Shown one piece after another: positions 58,924-64,000 of a stretch of 64,000 nt of DNA. A model generated the notes under the pieces. That model saw only the letters and a list, made by a program, of their open reading frames with translations, was not told the origin of the DNA and made no database searches. The stretch is taken from contig JBLDXI010000019.1 in assembly GCA_047495785.1 (NCBI GenBank), positions 3,559,881 to 3,623,880 on the forward strand, read 5' to 3'. Positions within the stretch are counted from its first letter, which is position 1; each line of letters opens with the position of its first letter. A program made the translations under genes and the position numbers. The stretch comes from Lepidodermella squamata. Lineage: Eukaryota; Animalia; Gastrotricha.

Positions 58924-61900
58924 TTTTATGAAAAAAGATGATACCTCAAAAACTGAATCAGTTTCAGTTAATACTAACAGCTGAGTAACAATTGTTGTTT
59001 GAACAGCAAAACTCAACTCTACTCTGCAGGTACCTGTGCGTATAACTGAGTAATTTTGCAACGAGGAGTTGCGCGATAAATCGAAACCAAAAATTGTGAA
59101 ACCATTAATAAACTGATCCATAGTTAACGTAGATGCCTTGAAAGGGTTATCTGGGTTGATAGCATTGAGAAGCTCCAAATAGACTCTGGTGACATCTCCA
59201 TTTGCAAAATCCATTTCCAAGGGAGCTGTTGAGTGATGTAGTTCATTGCCCAAATAAATCGATATTCGGGATAGCTGGCTGTGTAATGCATTCAATGGAT
59301 TTTTACCCGCCGTTCCATTCAGGGCGGAATCTTCAAAAAAACAGAAAAACATACGCCTTGGAAGCTTACCATTAATACATTGTGGTATCTGTTAAACCAT
59401 TAGAGTTTTAAAAATTGACTTAGAAACGCGCGATGAGCAAACTTACACTGTAACTCAAAACACTACTTGGTATGTGAAAAAGCCTTGTTCGAACTCTCAT
59501 TATAGGATATTTGGCGTTAGTTTTTTCCAGCGCACGCGTATGAGCAATCACTATGTCCGGCGACACAACAACAGCCCGGGCAATAATTTTTGCAGATTCA
59601 ATGACGATTGAGTGAGGATCAGCTGTGCTCGGCCCAACCAAAGCAAAATTGTTAGATGCCCTATAGAGCTTGATGCGGACTTCAACATTAGGTAGAAGTA
59701 GCCTATTACACAGCATAGGATCTGCAAACAGGCGTCCCAGGGTGCACACAGATTTCCCGCCCTGAACAATTTCCAACCGTTTTTTAATCCCTCGTTTGAA
59801 TTGTCAAAATTATCCAGTTTTTTAGCTGTATCAGGATACCAAAATTGTGTCTGTAATATCGTGTTTTTTGCATCAGTATTATGAGACAAAAGCGTTGAAA
59901 TATAGGCCCGATAAGCGTATAATGAATTTTGTTCACTTAAAAGTTGCCCATTTAGTGAAATCTCGCATGTTTTGAACATTGTGTGGTGGGCTAAACAAAG
60001 CGGGGCTTTTTGTAAATTTGTAGCCGAAAGACTAGCCTTATACTCGTTGTATGCATCGTCAGCTTCGCCAGCATTTTTCTTCCGAGCTTCAGAAGGGGTT
60101 CTAACTACTTTCCACTTGAGCATCAGTTGCATGCGTGACAGACACAAATAATCATTGTACGGGCCGATTTGAAACTCAATCAGGTTCGGTGAACTATTAA
60201 GAGGGGCAATTGGGTAAACATCTATACTTATTTGGTTTTCTTCAGCAAGCTGTGAAGGCGGTACAGTAAATAAATCTAAATCTGAAGATAATACTATTGA
60301 AGAGGCTGAGGCTGGGTGAACAAAATTATCTCCAAAGCCTTCCATTACAAATTTGAAGAATCAAACGCAGCAATGGGCTCAAGACGCTTCAAATAGCACT
60401 GATTTAGTTGTTGCGCGTCTTTTCCTTTATAAGCCTTTCTTTTTGTAGTAGAAGCACGGCGCCTACGTTTTGCAGTCACACTACTAGTTTTACTAGGGCC
60501 ACGACGACGGCGCCTTTTACGGCCACCTCCACCGCCTTGATGTTGCTTCAAAGCCGTTTCAGCAATATCCTTAGCCATGTTAAGGCGCCTGAAGTGCCAT
60601 GACGCTTAAGGGATTCGGTAAAACTAGGTCTAGCGCCCTCAGGTTGTTGCATATCACCTAATATTTTTTGGCCAGTAGATAATGCTTGTTGAAAAATAGA
60701 CGGAGCAATTACTGGGAAGAAATTTCTGAAAAAGGCACCTAATATATTTCCTATTCCCTGACCCCTATAATGATATGGAAATTGAATTGTTGCCCCACGG
60801 AAATGGTCCAGGTTAGCACCCGCTCCAGCTCCATAGCCTGCTATCAGCGGGGAGGAGTGTTGGCGGAGAAAAAACTGCTGGTACTTGTCAACGTTTTGGT
60901 TAGAATAAGCTAGGGGCATCTTCGGTAATATTAATAATTAGAACTCAGCCACTTATATTAATATAAGGCTCCGGTTTTTCGGCGAATATGAAGTAGCAAT
61001 ACAACTTTGCTACCATCCACAAAATCGATCAATGCCCCGTTATCGCGGCGGATTTGAACTTGAATTGAATCTATAAAATTGGCTTTTAAAGGTAAATATA
61101 GGCCCGAGTTATAAATCACTGTAAAATGTGATGACAAGTCTGAATTTGCCGTAGCAGAAGCCATCGTAGAATAGGTTATCATTCGAAGGAGGCTAGCTTG
61201 GCAATCTCCAACAAAAACATCCGCTGCAACTGAGCAGTAAATGAACAGTGAGTTATTGCCATAATTCAACTGAATGTTGTATTGAGCTGTAGCACTTTCT
61301 TCATAGCATGCATAAATAAAGGCAGGCGGTAAATCATTATCTTTGGTGATTACTGTTTGCTCAGAAAAATCAAAGTGCTGTGCTGAATTTACGCCTTCTT
61401 GATTTTCTACCGCCGCTGTCTCATTATTTGCATCCTCCTTAAGTTTTGGTCTGCTAGAAAGCCTAACAATCCCAACTGAGTTGAATAAAATGTGTGGATT
61501 TTCACGAATTTGGTGGCTCATATTCCACGCATATGCCAAGGCATACGTTGACTTTATATCAAAAGTGGAAACTTCATTAAATTCTGGCTCGTCATTTTTT
61601 GGGGCCTTGGGAAAAATGAAAACTCCAGACGGTGTATTCTGTTCTATGGAGACACAAAACCTAAGAGGCCAGCAGAATCTGAAGGTATAAACATAGAATA
61701 TGGCCATTTACAGGTAATTTTAGTTTTTTTGTTGACTGAATCATAATGAGCAAAAATAGAGCCATTACTACTTGAGATGGATATTTTTTCATTAAAGTGA
61801 TCGATTAGTTTGGTTATATTCGCAAAATATTCACCTCCGAAATTTACTTTGTTAATAAAGCCAGTTTCCCATGGATTGTTGAAACTTTTCATCCGATGTG

Positions 61901-63988
61901 GCAAAGAGCCAGGATTTGTTAAATAATTAGCAATAATGTCGTTTTTAAAAGATTTCAGCCAGTTACAATCAAGCACATAGGACTGTATGACGATCAATGC
62001 TACTCCACCTAACAGGAATTGTAGCCTCAAGTAGGGCTACTTCATAAGCACGGCAATCGGGTACGCAAATTGGGACAGGGAGAGCAACTTGATAATCCGA
62101 CGGAGTATTCGCCGGATGTTGAGAATATGAGGCATTCGAGGGTAAATAAATAAAGAAGTCCTCCTGGATGCTAAGCATTTGTTATGTTATCCTTATCTAT
62201 CTTTTCTAAAGTAAGGATTGCGCTGTTGCCAAAAGGGGGGAGCTTAGTTTTGAATAAATAGTTTGAAATTTCTATAAGCCAAACGGTTATTAGAAGGAAA
62301 AAAATGTAGGCCCCTACACGCACAGATGGCTTTTGTAGGAAAGCTAAGAGTGGAGTCGTAGGAACTCTATTCATGAGGCCAAGGTTTTGATCTCGTTTGC
62401 ATCAATCCAACTAGCGGCTTCAATCGGCCAGTTTTGCCATTTCACAAGAGCCTGTTTCTTGCCATTTATAGTGCGATGCTTCAGAACTTTTTCTATTAAA
62501 TATGTTTCTTGCGGATGTGCTATCTGAAGCTGCCAATCGTAAAAACTACCTTGAATACGCTTATTCAGAGTATCACGGAGATAATACTTGTCGGGGATGG
62601 TACAAGTATCTATGCGGTCGATAAAAAAATATTCTTCAGTAAAAATGAAATCTCCTTCTTTGTGAAATAAATCCTTTACACGACTAATTCTAACACAATC
62701 ACCGACAGAAAAAGTCGGTTTGTATAGTAAATTCTTGCGCTTTTCAAGCATCAATTGATCTCTTTTTCCAAAAACATTATTGTAAGCAACCAAATTTATA
62801 GGATCTTCTGGGAAGCTAGCCATAATTCTAACGGGGCAACCCTAGTGCTGCGATTTTTCATTTGATTGTAAGACGCTAAGAAAAAAGGTAAGTAATCGAT
62901 GTAACGCAGCGTATGATTTGCAATTTGATGCCTCGAAATAGTTCTACGAAGCCAACGGTTGAAAATTTCTATGGGTGAACACTTGAACATGGAGGTTGTA
63001 GTGTAATAATAAACATTGAATTTTTTAAATATTTTTTTAGCTTCTTTGTTGATAAATTCTCCGCCAGAATCTGTAGTGAAAGAGCGGCAACGCAAATCAG
63101 GTGTTAGGCTGCTCAAAAAATTACTGATCTTCTCAGCAGTGTAATTTCCTTCTTTGTTAAGTAAGGGAATACAGAAAGCATAACGCGTAAACAGTCTTTG
63201 ATTGTAAGTAAATAGCGGGTTCCATCATTATCTTGGCTTGAATCTTGAACTTCAAGAAGATCACCTAGAAAGAGGTCACTTCTAGCATAAACTTCATATT
63301 GCATGAATTGCTTCCGGTTTCTTACACTTAGTGGTTTATATAATGAATATGTTCGATCATGGCTCATAATCTCAGCTAGTTTTTTATGAGTAAGGGAATT
63401 TCTCAGCTCTAAGGGTAATGTAGCTTTAAGTGTTGAGTATAATCTGCGCAGGCCTTGAAATGATCCAACATGTTTCGGATCATTATAGAAGCTCAAAACA
63501 AACGATTTCAAGTCTGACCTGTGGTTTATTTTAGCATCTCCTTCAGCTAGACGTCTCGCATTGTGTTTATTACGTGGCATGACCTAATTCTTCTTTATAG
63601 CTAATTTACGGCAAGTAGGGACAACCGAACAATTAGCCATGTGGCTAAATAAATCACCGTTTAAGTGGAATAATAAATCATTTATATTATATAACATCCG
63701 CTCAGTAGACTCGACAAGTTGCCGCAGGTGAAGGAGTTCGGCTTGAGTATTGCGAACTTCCATAACAGCGAAAAAGCTGATTAAAATGGTAACCAGGGAT
63801 AGCAGCAATAGGATCGGTAAAACAGCACGCGGAATATCTGTTGTTTGATGCATAATAAAATTACGAAGACTTTAAAAACGGGGAAATTTACCGATAGCCA
63901 TATTTTTATTTCTGCTGCGAATTTTGAAAATTGATAGATAATGATGAAAGTAGAAATAATGATTTTAGCTTAAAAAAAGACGGCACGC
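58918..63988 (-). repeat. ~5.07-kb inverted duplicate of 53345..58419 (frameshifted copies of MCP, core protein, penton, integrase and small ORFs)
   Basis: Same protein sequences on the minus strand, broken by single-base indels mostly in homopolymers. Confidence 0.95.
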
Positions 63989-64000
63989 TACTCTCACGAG

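Larger units (their letters stand above)
50193..63988 (+). mobile_element. Polinton/Maverick (adintovirus-like) element, left part, followed by an inverted duplicate; pPolB and packaging ATPase not in the window
   Basis: Candidate AGTAGT terminus at 50193 with subterminal tandem repeats and a shift to AT-rich sequence; compact cluster of integrase, minor capsid, major capsid and adenain genes. Confidence 0.9.

Noticed and set aside
58918-63853. Frameshifted minus-strand ORFs as old pseudogenes
   Set aside because: Indels sit mostly in homopolymers without accompanying substitutions that I could see, which fits sequencing error rather than decay
53345-63988. The 5-kb inverted repeat as Polinton TIRs or a second independent Polinton
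   Set aside because: It covers internal genes, truncates the protease, and differs by 1-bp indels; it is a fold-back of one element

Overview
Eukaryotic, probably invertebrate, genomic DNA with short GT-AG introns and dense mobile elements; the organism cannot be identified from the sequence. (i) 0.7-22 kb: a minus-strand CACTA/EnSpm-type transposase region with a degenerate second copy. It hosts a recent non-autonomous LTR element (two 350-bp LTRs, tRNA-Leu PBS, ATAG TSD), a DNA ligase IV fragment inside a transposase intron, and a complete Sola1-like transposon (TIRs, ATAT TSD) that carries a PB1-domain ORF and splits a C2H2 zinc-finger ORF. (ii) 22.8-48 kb: three tandem paralogs of a type I membrane protein (lectin-like modules, TSP1-like motif, RKKR site, TM helix), separated by nested MITEs, a Cys-rich pseudogene and a full-length RTE-like LINE whose ORF1 and ORF2 are in frame across a single TAG. 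(iii) 50.2-64 kb: a Polinton/Maverick virus-like element (integrase-chromodomain, minor capsid, basic core-like protein, major capsid with two predicted spliceosomal introns, adenain protease) that also carries a TATA-binding-protein homolog. It folds back into a ~5-kb inverted duplication that may be an amplification or assembly artefact. The best candidate for an undescribed system is the TBP-encoding, intron-containing Polinton. All family assignments are by motif recognition; no database search was run.
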